Shown here: positions 50,203 through 61,061 of the stretch, piece by piece
Layout: each line of letters starts with the position of its first letter
How positions within the stretch are numbered: the stretch's first letter is position 1
Assembly (NCBI GenBank): GCA_039815185.1
Contig: JBCBZT010000009.1
Location: forward strand, 137,244-201,243
From: Cyanobacteria bacterium P01_A01_bin.123
GTDB lineage: Bacteria; Cyanobacteriota; Cyanobacteriia; Phormidesmidales; Phormidesmidaceae
Reading direction: 5' to 3'
Length of the DNA stretch: 64,000 nt
Position numbers and translations under genes: made by a program
The notes under the pieces: model-generated
Told to the model about the DNA's origin: nothing
The model's input: the letters and a program-made list of their open reading frames with translations, nothing else
The model's database searches: none

Positions 50203-50879
50203 TTAAGCGATCGCGACGAAATCGCTATCTCCTAACACCGTTGTCACAGTGTTGAGCACCGCCAGGGTTTCATCCCCAAAGCCAATCAGGGTGTTACCGT
50301 CCAATTGACTGATGTCGAGCTGACCGAAGCTCAACCCGCCCGCCAGACCAATGAAGTCCGTGCCGACTTCAAAGTCCACGATGGTATCAGTGCCTTCGCC
50401 CGCAGCCAGGACGAAGGTGTCGCTCCCCTGACCGCCTGAGAAGTCATCTCCGGTCAGAACATCGTTACCGAGCCCCCCCCAGAGTAAGTCGTCGCCATCA
50501 TCGCCCCAGATGGCATCGTTCCCGGCCTCACCAAAGAGGCGATCGTTGCCGGCTTTCCCGCCGATACGATCGTCTCCGTTGCCGCCGAGAATGATATCGT
50601 TGCCACCTGCAGTACCGCCAGAATTGCGTGCGTTGCGATCGCCCCGCAGCACATCATCACCGTCACCCCCGAGAATCAGGTCATTTCCTAATTCTCCAGC
50701 CGCTCCCGAGACGAATCTCGCTCGATCAAGACCAATGCGCTCAGTAATCGCAACCTCACCTGTGGTTGGGTTGAGCGTGAAGCGTACAAGCTCCGGTTGA
50801 AATTCAGGTAGCTTGAAAATTCGCTCATTATCGCTGTCTCCATTCACATCGCTGGAGCCAGCATCGGGGCCGCGATCGC
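50203..50879 (-). pseudogene. 3' fragment of a secreted phytase-like/RTX calcium-binding protein
   Basis: Frame is open from the HIP1 site: DRGPDAGSSDVNGDSDNERIFKLPEFQPELV..., then GGxGxD RTX nonapeptides and GSDTFVL...DTIVDFEVGTD; no plausible own start. Confidence 0.7.
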
Positions 50880-50895
50880 ACTATGCATAATAACC

Positions 50896-51342
50896 TCAAA
50901 GCATTTCGATTAGATGCTGATAGTAATCGAGAGTAACCGGATCATTGCCCCCTTGATTTATATAATTCTGTCTAATTGTTTCATAATCTGAACGAGCGGC
51001 CTCTATGTCACCAATCAAAAAGTACGCTGTGGCTCTTTCTAGATAGAACTGCTCATTATTAGGATCTGCTTCAATTGCTTGACCGAAACTGTTGATTGCA
51101 TCTTCTATAGCACCATTACTTAAATGCTCATAACCAAAATTTGCATAATCTTCAGCAGTCATTTCAGCTGTTAAACTATCGCGAGGCTTACTCTGTCCAC
51201 ATACATTGCTTAAATCTATAATTTCACCTCCCTCTTGCTCTATATAACAAAGTGGATCTGCAGCGACCGATCCAGCATATGCCAGGAGCATAATCCCAAG
51301 GAGAAGGAACCTTTTTGGTATTTTGCTAATCCTAAACACCAT
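50896..51342 (-). CDS. Exported TPR protein (AT-rich)
   Basis: Signal peptide, CYIEQ...IDLSNVCG, TPR (AINSFGQAIEADP...YLERA); visibly lower GC than flanks. Confidence 0.8.
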   Translation of the reverse strand: MVFRISKIPKRFLLLGIMLLAYAGSVAADPLCYIEQEGGEIIDLSNVCGQSKPRDSLTAEMTAEDYANFGYEHLSNGAIEDAINSFGQAIEADPNNEQFYLERATAYFLIGDIEAARSDYETIRQNYINQGGNDPVTLDYYQHLIEML

Positions 51343-51478
51343 AGCTCAAATTTAGATTAAGCCAATACTCTTAATTTTTGAAGCTTACAGCATTTAAGAA
51401 GTTGACAAAGACAAGATGCGCAAAAGTTTAGCGTAGTCTACAGATATTCACTTTAACGAAACTTTGAGCAAAAAGGGT

Positions 51479-51692
51479 GGTTGTGTTGCAAGAAATTATG
51501 AAGGCAGTAATTACGTTATACTTGTAATCTTTGTTATGCAGGGACTCCGAAGATTTCGTTGATGAAAGAGATCTGTCCTATAACATTCCCTTTTGCAACC
51601 CCATTGCTCTGACCTTTACGGATCATATTCATCACCTCATAGCCTTGGAGCGTATGCCAGGCTGTGTTGAATGAGCTAAAGCTAAGACCAGT
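51479..51692 (-). mobile_element. IS6-family remnant (transposase C-terminus plus one terminal inverted repeat)
   Basis: GLSFSSFNTAWHTLQGYEVMNMIRKGQ...FINEIFGVPA* resembles the IS6 DDE C-terminus; GGTTGTGTTGCAAGA at 51479 resembles the IS6 IR GG(T/C)TCTGTTGCAAA. Confidence 0.82.
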
Positions 51693-51849
51693 GCGATCGC
51701 ACTGGATTGCTAGGGTCGCTGAGATCGATGATTTGCACTTCCGGATCACCGGAGACCACGAATAGCTTCTGGGAAGCCGAGTCGAAGGCGTTGATTTCAG
51801 CACCGATATCGCTGGTAAAGCTACCCACTTTTGTCAGGAAAGCATCCAT
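51682..51849 (-). pseudogene. 5' fragment of a choice-of-anchor-I / alkaline-phosphatase-like secreted protein
   Basis: Manual translation MDAFLTKVGSFTSDIGAEINAFDSASQKLFVVSGDPEVQIIDLSDPSNPV, then HIP1 and a stop; GGAG RBS upstream. Confidence 0.68.
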
Positions 51850-52063
51850 TATTACTTAAACTCCAGAAAAGATAATGTGGGGCAAATAATCTCAAGAGCA
51901 AAATCTGTCGTAAAGAGCTGCCCTCAGCTCTTTGTGTTTAGGGCATAGAGCAGAGCTTGCGGTGCGATGCTCGCTCGGAGCGAAATTTTCGAGGGAAAAG
52001 ACTTTTGAGGTCAAAGATTTTGCTGCGGCTAAGTCTGGGTCGCGCGTCCGTTTTTAGCATTGA

Positions 52064-52092
52064 GGGTTGTGGCAACAACGTCACCACAACCC
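52064..52092. terminator. Hairpin downstream of the nuclease gene
   Basis: GGGTTGTGG-N11-CCACAACCC. Confidence 0.5.
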
Positions 52093-52108
52093 CCAGCCAA
52101 AATCAGAT

Positions 52109-55100
52109 TTAGACCCCTAAGTCATCAACGATCGTGAAGTTCCGGGCAACGGTTCCAAGCAAATCACCATTCAGGTTATTTCTTGAATAAAGGTCAAACT
52201 CGATGGTGTTATCGCCCTGGGGCAGTAGGCCAACGCCTCCCCCTCTGTAGTTATTGCCGTTATTGCCAAACAGTGCGTAGGGTTCGACATTCTCGGTCTG
52301 AGTTACCTGACCATCGTTGAGATCGAGGAACATACTCTCAACCTGGCCAAAGAGGAGGCTGTCATCGGGCACAAATGCTGCAATGGTGACATTTTTACCT
52401 GCAAGTGTGCTGGCTAGGATTTCATCGCCCTCCTCAAGTGGGGTCAGTAATTGATCGGTGTCAGCATTGAAGAAGGCAACATCAATATCCAACGAACCGG
52501 AAATATCGTCGATGATCGTAAAGTTGCGGGTAACTGTGCCAAGCAGATCGCCTCGCAGCCGATTTTGAGCATAAAGATCGAACTCGATGGTGTTATCGCC
52601 CTGGGGCAGTAGGCCAACGCCTCCCCCTCTGTAGTTATTGCGATTATTGCCGAACAGCGCGTAGGGTTCGACATTCTCAGTCTGAGTTACCTGGCCGTCG
52701 TTGAGGTCAAGGAACATGCTCTCAACATTGGCGAAGACGCTATCGTCAGGGACGAACGCAGCAATAGTGACATTGCGACCAAAGAGATCACTCGCTAGGA
52801 TTTCATCGTCTCCCTCAAGTGTCGTAATCACAGTGTCACTGTCTGCATCGTAGATCGCAATCTCAAGGTCGGTAGCGGTGTCAGATGCAAGTTCAAGGCC
52901 AACAATCAAGGGATCGTGATCAGAGTTGCGGAAGGGAGTTGTGCCATCAAAGAGAGCCGGATTGCGACCAAAATCGAGGTTGTAGTCAAAGGCATCGGGC
53001 TCATCTGCATTAATGTGCCATTCGGTGGTTCCAGTGACTTGCGGTAGCAGACTGGAGGAGGCTAATCCATAGTCTAGGGTGCCTTGTTGTCCATCAAAGA
53101 CGAAGGAGTAGGCTGAATCGCCCTCAAACAGTTCTGCCAGGTTGGTATATCCGGCTGCTTCCAGTGTAGTGAGGGGATCTTCCTGAGCATAGGCATTGAG
53201 ATCTCCCAGAATCAGGAAGTCGCTGTCACCACTGCCCGTAGGATCGGTGGCCAACCAATCGGCCAGGGCTTGAGCAGCTTTGGTGCGGGTATCGTTCCAA
53301 AAACCTTGGCCATCTCCCTGATCGACATCTGGGTTAGATAACGGCCCCCCTTCAAGCCCAGAATCACCCTTGGATTTGAAGTGGTTGACGACGGCGGTAA
53401 AGGTTTCCCCATTGGCGTCTTCGAAGGTTTGGGCGATCGCCGGACGGTTCCGTTGCAGCCCTGTGCCGTTGGGGTCGGTAAAGCTGGGGGCATCTAGAAT
53501 GGCGACATCCCCGACAGGGGTTACTGCATTGGTTTTGTAAATCATGCCGACGGTGATGGCATCCGTTCCCACTAAACCTGGGGTGCTAATGAAAGCGTAG
53601 GTAGTGCCAGTTCCAGCAAGGGCTGCATTCAGTTCGGCGACGAGGTTAGCCAGGGCGGCATCGTCGCTGCTATTTTCTAGTTCAACCAGCCCCAGAACAT
53701 CGGCATCCAGTTCAACTAGCGTGGTGACCAGCTTTTGCGTTTGGCGATCAAATTCTGCAGTTGCAGGTTCTACACCAAATTCTGTCAGGTCATCAGCCCC
53801 ACGAGGTTCTAGGCCAGCCTCTGTGAGGGGATTGTCGTTGAAGGAAATGCCATCATCCAGCGTAGTGAAGTAGTTGAGGACGTTAAAGCTGACGACCTTC
53901 AGGTTGCCTCCGACCGGATCTGGGGTTTCTGGACGGGGATTGGTGGCTTGGAAATCGACTGGATCTACGGGCTGAATCCGGTAGTCACCGAAGCCAAAGC
54001 TGAGGACACCCGTGAGGTCTGTTACCGTATCTCCCCCTCGGAGCGGATTGTTGGCACTGAGGGGATTGCCGCCTCGACCATGAATAATCGGGTCGGGGTT
54101 CTGAACAGTCTGGCCATCGTCTAAAACAATGCGCCGTTTCTCGATCGCCTCTTGGTGAGCCGCAAACCCAGCAGCATCAGGCGCATTGAACTGGGTGAAC
54201 TGATCCAGGCGTCCGTCGGTGCCAGGGGCGTTGCTATCGCCATCAGCAGACAGCACCACTTCACCGAAGCGATCCAGATTGAAATACTCGGTGACAAAAA
54301 GTGTTTCAGGAATGGTGATCTGCATTCCCTCATAGGCTTCTAAGTCGTCAACCGTTGTGACTGGGAAGTTAACCGTTGCGGCTGTCGGTAGGGTATCGGT
54401 ACCTTCGACAGAAACGGAGACATTAGTGAGTTCAGTTAAGCCTTCGAACTCAGTGACTGTACCCGTAATCTGAACCACATCACCCACGTTGACGTCTACT
54501 GCCGGGGAGCTGCCATCAAAAATGAAAAGTCCTTCAGAGGTGGTGGCATCAGCGTCCGCATCTACATCTTGCTCTTGGACGAAGAAGCCGTTCAGATCGC
54601 CATCGGTGCCCGCAGCACCATCCTGGAAGTCGCCGACCACAACGGCTTCGATCGTTACCTGTTGACCTTCGATGGGGCTGGATGCGCCATTGCCTTGAAT
54701 CGCCGAAATGGAGGTGATCGCCACACCATCATCGTTTTGGATGGTGCCGTCTGCAGTTGCACCGGTAATGTTTGCATCGCCGGACGCATTAGATAGGGTA
54801 ACGGTGAAGCTTTCATCCAATTCAGCCTCGGTGTCGCCAGTGACATCTATAGTCACCACTTGGCTGGTTTCGTCAGCTGCGAAGTTGACGAAACCAGAGG
54901 GCAGTGCCCCACCAAAGTCATCGGCATCTGCCGCAGTGCTGGATACTGCGAAGTCAACGCTGGTTTCACCCGTGGTATTTCCAGAGCGGTTAACTGTAAA
55001 GGTGAAGGGTGTTGTGCCTGCGTCTCCTTCGGCTTGGTCTGCATCTGTGGGCGCAATGCTGAGATTGGTATTGGTGCCTGATGCTTCAGCGATGACGAAG

Positions 55101-56266
55101 TTGTCAACGCCAAAGTCTTCATCGCCCGCATCCAGACTGACACTCAATTGAAGATCTAGGGTGGAACCTGTGCCAGCGATCGCGGCAGTGAAAGCCTGAG
55201 CCGCATTACCCAAGGTCGCGCCATCGCCAACGCCGTCAAAGTCGGTATCTTCACGGAAGAAACCGTTGAATGGCCCACTATTGCTGGTAAAGTCTGCGCC
55301 AGAGAACCACAGTAGATTTTGGAAACCCCCACCGTCAATCTGATAGCTCAGGCGAATGAAGTCGGCATCATCAATGTCGCCGGGGTCATCAAAGAACTCA
55401 GCAAAGTCACCGCTGAATTCCAGATTGCTCAAACCGCTGATGTCTAAACCAGACCAGGTGACCGTGATCGGTAAAGTTGCCCCTTCACCATCCAAGTCTT
55501 GCCCGGTCAAGAAGCTGCCCTCAAAACCCGTATAAGCTTTGATGCCATTGGGTTGGGGGTCGCCACCAAAATCTCCACCTCCCGCGCCATCAGAAATACC
55601 GAAAAAGTCAAACCCACTACTGACGCCTGCATCTGAGAAGAAAGGTGTACTCGTGGTGAACTGGGTGGCATCATTGAAGGTTTCAGTCAGCACCGCACCG
55701 CTGCTATTGCCGTTATCCACGGTGAATGCATCATTTGGTAGCTGCTGGCGATCGCTGTTGCTGCCTGTCCAGTTACTGGGATCACTGATAGCCGCTAGCA
55801 ATTCTGCCTGTGTGCCAGACGTGATGCCTGTATAGATGGCGTTATCAATTTCGTCTAGGGCAAGGGCTGTTTCACCATTCACCAAGCCTGTCGGTAGGGC
55901 TGATGTGTTAGAACTCGTGGCATCAGCTTGCCACACCCCCGGATTACCTTCGCTATTGAGGGCGTAAATAAAGGTGGGATTAGCATCTTCTCCCTGGTAG
56001 GCCAAAATCTGATCACCGCTGGCAGAGAAGGCAACACTGCTGACAGCAGGATTGATCACAGTACCTGCAGGGATGTTCTCGGTAGCAGTCCAGGTAAAGG
56101 TTCCTTCGTTAGCCCGGAAACCACCTGCGGCAAACCAACCGTTGTCGGTAAATTTAATCTCAGTGCCAGTTTCTAAATCGACGAGGGGAACAAAAGCAAA
56201 TTCATCGGGATTGTCGAAGTTGAAACCGATGATGGCAATATCGCCAGACGTGAGGATTGTAGCCAT
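52109..56266 (-). CDS. ExeM/NucH-family extracellular endonuclease with Calx-beta and duplicated C-terminal domain
   Basis: ISAIQG OB domain, SFNVLNYF, VVNHFKSKG, LGDLNAY, GTLDY, WHINADEP, SDHDP. Confidence 0.92.
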   Translation of the reverse strand: MATILTSGDIAIIGFNFDNPDEFAFVPLVDLETGTEIKFTDNGWFAAGGFRANEGTFTWTATENIPAGTVINPAVSSVAFSASGDQILAYQGEDANPTFIYALNSEGNPGVWQADATSSNTSALPTGLVNGETALALDEIDNAIYTGITSGTQAELLAAISDPSNWTGSNSDRQQLPNDAFTVDNGNSSGAVLTETFNDATQFTTSTPFFSDAGVSSGFDFFGISDGAGGGDFGGDPQPNGIKAYTGFEGSFLTGQDLDGEGATLPITVTWSGLDISGLSNLEFSGDFAEFFDDPGDIDDADFIRLSYQIDGGGFQNLLWFSGADFTSNSGPFNGFFREDTDFDGVGDGATLGNAAQAFTAAIAGTGSTLDLQLSVSLDAGDEDFGVDNFVIAEASGTNTNLSIAPTDADQAEGDAGTTPFTFTVNRSGNTTGETSVDFAVSSTAADADDFGGALPSGFVNFAADETSQVVTIDVTGDTEAELDESFTVTLSNASGDANITGATADGTIQNDDGVAITSISAIQGNGASSPIEGQQVTIEAVVVGDFQDGAAGTDGDLNGFFVQEQDVDADADATTSEGLFIFDGSSPAVDVNVGDVVQITGTVTEFEGLTELTNVSVSVEGTDTLPTAATVNFPVTTVDDLEAYEGMQITIPETLFVTEYFNLDRFGEVVLSADGDSNAPGTDGRLDQFTQFNAPDAAGFAAHQEAIEKRRIVLDDGQTVQNPDPIIHGRGGNPLSANNPLRGGDTVTDLTGVLSFGFGDYRIQPVDPVDFQATNPRPETPDPVGGNLKVVSFNVLNYFTTLDDGISFNDNPLTEAGLEPRGADDLTEFGVEPATAEFDRQTQKLVTTLVELDADVLGLVELENSSDDAALANLVAELNAALAGTGTTYAFISTPGLVGTDAITVGMIYKTNAVTPVGDVAILDAPSFTDPNGTGLQRNRPAIAQTFEDANGETFTAVVNHFKSKGDSGLEGGPLSNPDVDQGDGQGFWNDTRTKAAQALADWLATDPTGSGDSDFLILGDLNAYAQEDPLTTLEAAGYTNLAELFEGDSAYSFVFDGQQGTLDYGLASSSLLPQVTGTTEWHINADEPDAFDYNLDFGRNPALFDGTTPFRNSDHDPLIVGLELASDTATDLEIAIYDADSDTVITTLEGDDEILASDLFGRNVTIAAFVPDDSVFANVESMFLDLNDGQVTQTENVEPYALFGNNRNNYRGGGVGLLPQGDNTIEFDLYAQNRLRGDLLGTVTRNFTIIDDISGSLDIDVAFFNADTDQLLTPLEEGDEILASTLAGKNVTIAAFVPDDSLLFGQVESMFLDLNDGQVTQTENVEPYALFGNNGNNYRGGGVGLLPQGDNTIEFDLYSRNNLNGDLLGTVARNFTIVDDLGV

Positions 56267-56569
56267 ATCTAAAAACTCTGGAGAACGCTAACGACGAAGC
56301 AACGAGGCACACGAAACTGACGCGATCGCTAATGCTGCGATCGCCCAGAAGAAGCAAAAGTGGTTCTGTAAAACCACATACAAAATTGCAGGCAGACGTA
56401 AAGAGACGGTAAAGCCCTAATTAAGGGCAAGAAACTTTACTCAATCTTCAAGAAGAACTTTCGGTTTTTACTGAAACCGCCTGAAGGCATCATCGCTGCT
56501 TTATCAAAACGATTTAGGGATACTCAGTGCCTCATGCAATAGGTTCACAGCCATCCGATTTGAGAGATA

Positions 56570-56647
56570 AATCACATCCAATGTGCAAACTTGAGTTTTT
56601 GGTATGAATTTTTAGTTTTAGCGGAAACTGATGGATCTGGATGGGGT
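56570..56647 (+). repeat. Dispersed element family A (AT-rich core)
   Basis: AATCACATCCAATGTGCAAACTTGAG...GGAAACTGATGGATCTGGATGGGGT. Confidence 0.7.
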
Positions 56648-56721
56648 CAAAGTTCAAAGGGGACTGGATTGATGCCTAGCTGTGGTGCGTCTGGACAAGA
56701 CTAAGTTGGCGTGAAATAACC

Positions 56722-56769
56722 ATAGACAAAACACTAAAAAAGAGCTTTAATTGATAGAGCAGAGTCTAT
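56722..56769 (+). promoter_or_regulatory. NdhR/CcmR operator sites (autoregulation)
   Basis: Exact ATAG-N8-CTAT at 56754-56769; ATAG-N8-CTAA at 56722-56737. Confidence 0.75.
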
Positions 56770-56821
56770 AAAGTAATGTAAACAGTTCTTTGTAGATAGT
56801 TCACATTTAGGAGGCGGTTCG

Positions 56822-57796
56822 TTGATCCACGCCACACTACACCAACTCAAGGTATTTGAAGCTACTGCTCGCCACGGCAGCTTTACCCGTGCTGCAGAGG
56901 AGTTGTTCTTAACCCAACCGACGGTTTCGATTCAGGTCAAGCAATTGACCAAAGCCGTTGGCTTGCCATTGTTTGAGCAGATTGGTAAACGGCTTTACTT
57001 AACCCAAGCGGGTCAAAAATTGTTGGACACCTGTCAAAACATTTTTGAAGGTCTCGAACAGTTTGAGATGTCTGTGGCTGACCTCAAGGGTATGAAGCAA
57101 GGGCAATTGCGAATTGCCGCCATTACCACCGCCAAATATTTTGTACCCCGGTTGCTGGGGCCATTTTGCCATCGATATCCTGGCATTGACATTTCGCTCA
57201 AGGTGACCAACCACCAGCAGATTCAAGAGCGCATGGCTAATAATGAAGATGACCTATATATCGTTAGTGATCCTCCCGATCAACCAGATCTAAAGACCCA
57301 TTCATTTTTGCCCAATCCGTTGGTCGTGATTGCCCCTCAAACCCATCCCCTGGTCGACAAGGCGAATATTCCCATTACAGCCTTGAACGATGAACCCTTC
57401 ATTATGCGAGAACCTGGTTCTGGAACTCGCAAAGCGGTTCAAAAACTATTTACGCAACACAAAATCAATGTCAAAGTGCGCCTGGAGTTGGGCAGCAATG
57501 AGGCCATCAAACAAGCGATCGCGGGCGGTCTTGGCATCTCCGTTTTATCCCAGCACACGATTATTTCAGAGGGGACGCGGGGTGAGTTCGCTGTGCTCGA
57601 TATTGAGCATTTTCCGATTGAACGCTACTGGTATGTGGCCCACCTAGCAGGTAAGCAGCCCTCTGTTGTGGCTGACACCTTCTTGCAATACTTGATTGAC
57701 GAAAGTCAATCTACCGCGAAGAAATTTTTGCCAGCCTTAGATCCGCATTTCGACTCACTACCGTCTAACGCTCCAGCCCTGAGCGAAAGCCTGTAG
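56822..57796 (+). CDS. ndhR: LysR-type carbon-concentrating-mechanism repressor NdhR/CcmR
   Basis: ATLHQLKVFEATARHGSFTRAAEEL, NNEDDLYIVS, IPITALNDE, ELGSNEAIKQAIAGG, SQHT..SEG; TTG start after AGGAGG; operator upstream. The CmpR paralog is the alternative call. Confidence 0.82.
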   Translation: MIHATLHQLKVFEATARHGSFTRAAEELFLTQPTVSIQVKQLTKAVGLPLFEQIGKRLYLTQAGQKLLDTCQNIFEGLEQFEMSVADLKGMKQGQLRIAAITTAKYFVPRLLGPFCHRYPGIDISLKVTNHQQIQERMANNEDDLYIVSDPPDQPDLKTHSFLPNPLVVIAPQTHPLVDKANIPITALNDEPFIMREPGSGTRKAVQKLFTQHKINVKVRLELGSNEAIKQAIAGGLGISVLSQHTIISEGTRGEFAVLDIEHFPIERYWYVAHLAGKQPSVVADTFLQYLIDESQSTAKKFLPALDPHFDSLPSNAPALSESL

Positions 57797-57828
57797 AACG
57801 GGTGGATAAGCACAATCGAATTGAGGTA

Positions 57829-58719
57829 CTAGCTTTTCAATTCCTGTTTTTGCAGCAACTGCTGCCGTCGCATTTTTTGCTTAGCCCGTTTTTCTGGGGT
57901 GAGGCTGTCGTAGCAATGGGGGCAAACAATCCCAGCTTCATAGCGGTCAGAGGTTTGATCGGCTGTGCTGATGGGATGACCGCAGGCCCGACACAGATCA
58001 TAGGTGCCGGGTTCGAGGCCATGGCGCACGGCTACCCGCTCGTCAAAGACAAAGCATTCTCCGTGCCAGCGACTCTCAGCTCTAGGGACGGTTTCCAAGT
58101 ACTTTAAAATGCCGCCTTTGAGATGATAGACCTGCTCAAAGCCCTGGTTTAACAAGTAAGCAGAGGCCTTCTCACAGCGAATGCCCCCGGTGCAAAACAT
58201 GGCGACCTTCTTATGCTGCTTGGGGTCGAGTTGGGTTTGCACATAGCTCGGAAAGTCTCGAAATGACCCCGTTTTGGGATTTTGTGCCCGCTCAAAGCTG
58301 CCAATCGCCACTTCATAATCATTGCGTGTATCGATTAACACCACGTCCGGATCTTCAACCAGCTGGTTCCAATCAGCTGGATCTACATAGGTGCCCACCT
58401 GTTGAGTTGGATCGGCTTCAGATTGACCGAAGGTGACAATCTCGCTCTTGAGCTTAACCTTCATGCGCTCAAAGGGCAGGGTCGCAGCAGTCGAATATTT
58501 TGCCTCTAGTGCAGAGAACCGTGGGTCTTTTTGAAGTTGGGTCAATAGGGCTGCGATCGCATCAGAAGACCCTGCCACAGTACCATTGATGCCCTCGGAT
58601 GCCAGCAAAATTGAACCCATCAACCCCCGAGACTGACAAAACTCCAGCAGGGGCGATCGCAGTTCAGCGCAATCCGGCAACCTGACAAATCGATAAAACG
58701 TAGCCACCACAACCGTCAT
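57829..58719 (-). CDS. trhO: Rhodanese-domain tRNA hydroxylase TrhO (UPF0176)
   Basis: EGINGT, DTRNDYE..IG.F, MFCTGGIRCEKA, HLKGGILKYLE, CFVFDER. Confidence 0.92.
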   Translation of the reverse strand: MTVVVATFYRFVRLPDCAELRSPLLEFCQSRGLMGSILLASEGINGTVAGSSDAIAALLTQLQKDPRFSALEAKYSTAATLPFERMKVKLKSEIVTFGQSEADPTQQVGTYVDPADWNQLVEDPDVVLIDTRNDYEVAIGSFERAQNPKTGSFRDFPSYVQTQLDPKQHKKVAMFCTGGIRCEKASAYLLNQGFEQVYHLKGGILKYLETVPRAESRWHGECFVFDERVAVRHGLEPGTYDLCRACGHPISTADQTSDRYEAGIVCPHCYDSLTPEKRAKQKMRRQQLLQKQELKS

Positions 58720-59399
58720 AGACTTCTCAGCAAAACCTGATTCATCTCGTAACACAAAACCGCTGCTCCAATCGGCACGGTCAAATTATCAATGCCCAAG
58801 CGAGAGAAGGCTTCTAACCCTGCAGCGACCGTAGCCACCACTGATGCCACGACCCAAGTTTGCCAGAGATTACCCTGCACCCCCAGCAGCACTAAGGCAC
58901 AGACGCCATAGCTGACAACTGCCATAGTGAGAGACCCTTCCCAGCTTTTGGTCATCCCCCACAGTTGATAAGGGTGGGCCCCAAACCGCTGGCCCACCAG
59001 AGCAGCTAGCCCATCTCCCCAGGTCATAATTAAAATACCAATTACCGCGTACTCAGGCACCTGCAGCGACCAAAAAGCAACTCCCAATAGGCCAATGCTG
59101 ATGGCGTAGAAAAATGTGCCGAAGCTCTTGCGACCCACACTATCGAGTCCGGGAATCACAGGATAACGATAAGACAACAGGGTAATAGTGCCAAATAAAA
59201 TAGATGCAGTAACGACAACCCAGGCTGGAATCTGGAGCCACCAGGCAATCAAAATCACGTTGCCCGCCCCAATGTGAATCACCTTGCGAACCATCTCAGG
59301 TTGGCAGAATGGACTGCGTCGGAGCACCTCGGCACTGCCACCCACTAACGCTAACCAAACAACAGCAACCCCAATTTTACTTAAAACTGAAAGCGTCAT
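58716..59399 (-). CDS. Phytol/dolichol kinase family membrane protein (start uncertain)
   Basis: RKVIHIGAG, WGDGLAALVG, KSWEGS, GIDNLTVP. Confidence 0.9.
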   Translation of the reverse strand: MTLSVLSKIGVAVVWLALVGGSAEVLRRSPFCQPEMVRKVIHIGAGNVILIAWWLQIPAWVVVTASILFGTITLLSYRYPVIPGLDSVGRKSFGTFFYAISIGLLGVAFWSLQVPEYAVIGILIMTWGDGLAALVGQRFGAHPYQLWGMTKSWEGSLTMAVVSYGVCALVLLGVQGNLWQTWVVASVVATVAAGLEAFSRLGIDNLTVPIGAAVLCYEMNQVLLRSL

Positions 59400-59626
59400 T
59401 CCGTCACTAACCATAACCCTCATCACTACTCTGCGCCAACGGGCATGGTTGATTGAATTGCCTAGCCCCAGCCCTGCTATGCCCTTCACCGTATTACATT
59501 TTGCCTTGCTAGTGTGAACACAGAACGACCCTAACCCTTATCCTTGCGGACGATTGACAAAAGTCGGTGTAAGATCAGTCGTGGTTTGTTCGGTAAGGTG
59601 CAGTCTCCATTACTGGGAAAGATTTA

Positions 59627-59706
59627 AACCACATCCGATTTGCAGCCTCAAGTAGGGACGCAGAACCTTGCACCCTACAAGGGAAAAATGTGGATCTGAA
59701 TGTGGC
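59627..59706 (+). repeat. Dispersed element family A (80 bp, GTAG-hairpin core)
   Basis: AACCACATCCGATTTGCAGCCTCAA-GTAGGGACGCAGAACCTTGCACCCTAC-AAGGGAAAAATGTGGATCTGAATGTGGC. Confidence 0.8.
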
Positions 59707-59729
59707 CAAGGTTTACATCAAACTTATAG

Positions 59730-61002
<1,273 letters not shown>

Positions 61003-61061
61003 GACTTATTGGGACGGTTGCAAAGATAGATGATGCCCCGGTCAAGCTATGCCTGAAAAGG

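Noticed and set aside
50203..50847. 214-aa RTX ORF as an intact gene
   Set aside because: GTG lies inside a frame that continues to the HIP1 junction; it begins mid-domain.
51534..51803. 89-aa ORF as a real gene
   Set aside because: Chimera: an off-frame reading of the phosphatase-like fragment fused at HIP1 to the IS6 C-terminus.
37696..56647. Classical integron or prophage interpretation of the accessory region
   Set aside because: No integrase or phage genes, and the repeats lack the RYYYAAC/GTTRRRY attC boxes.
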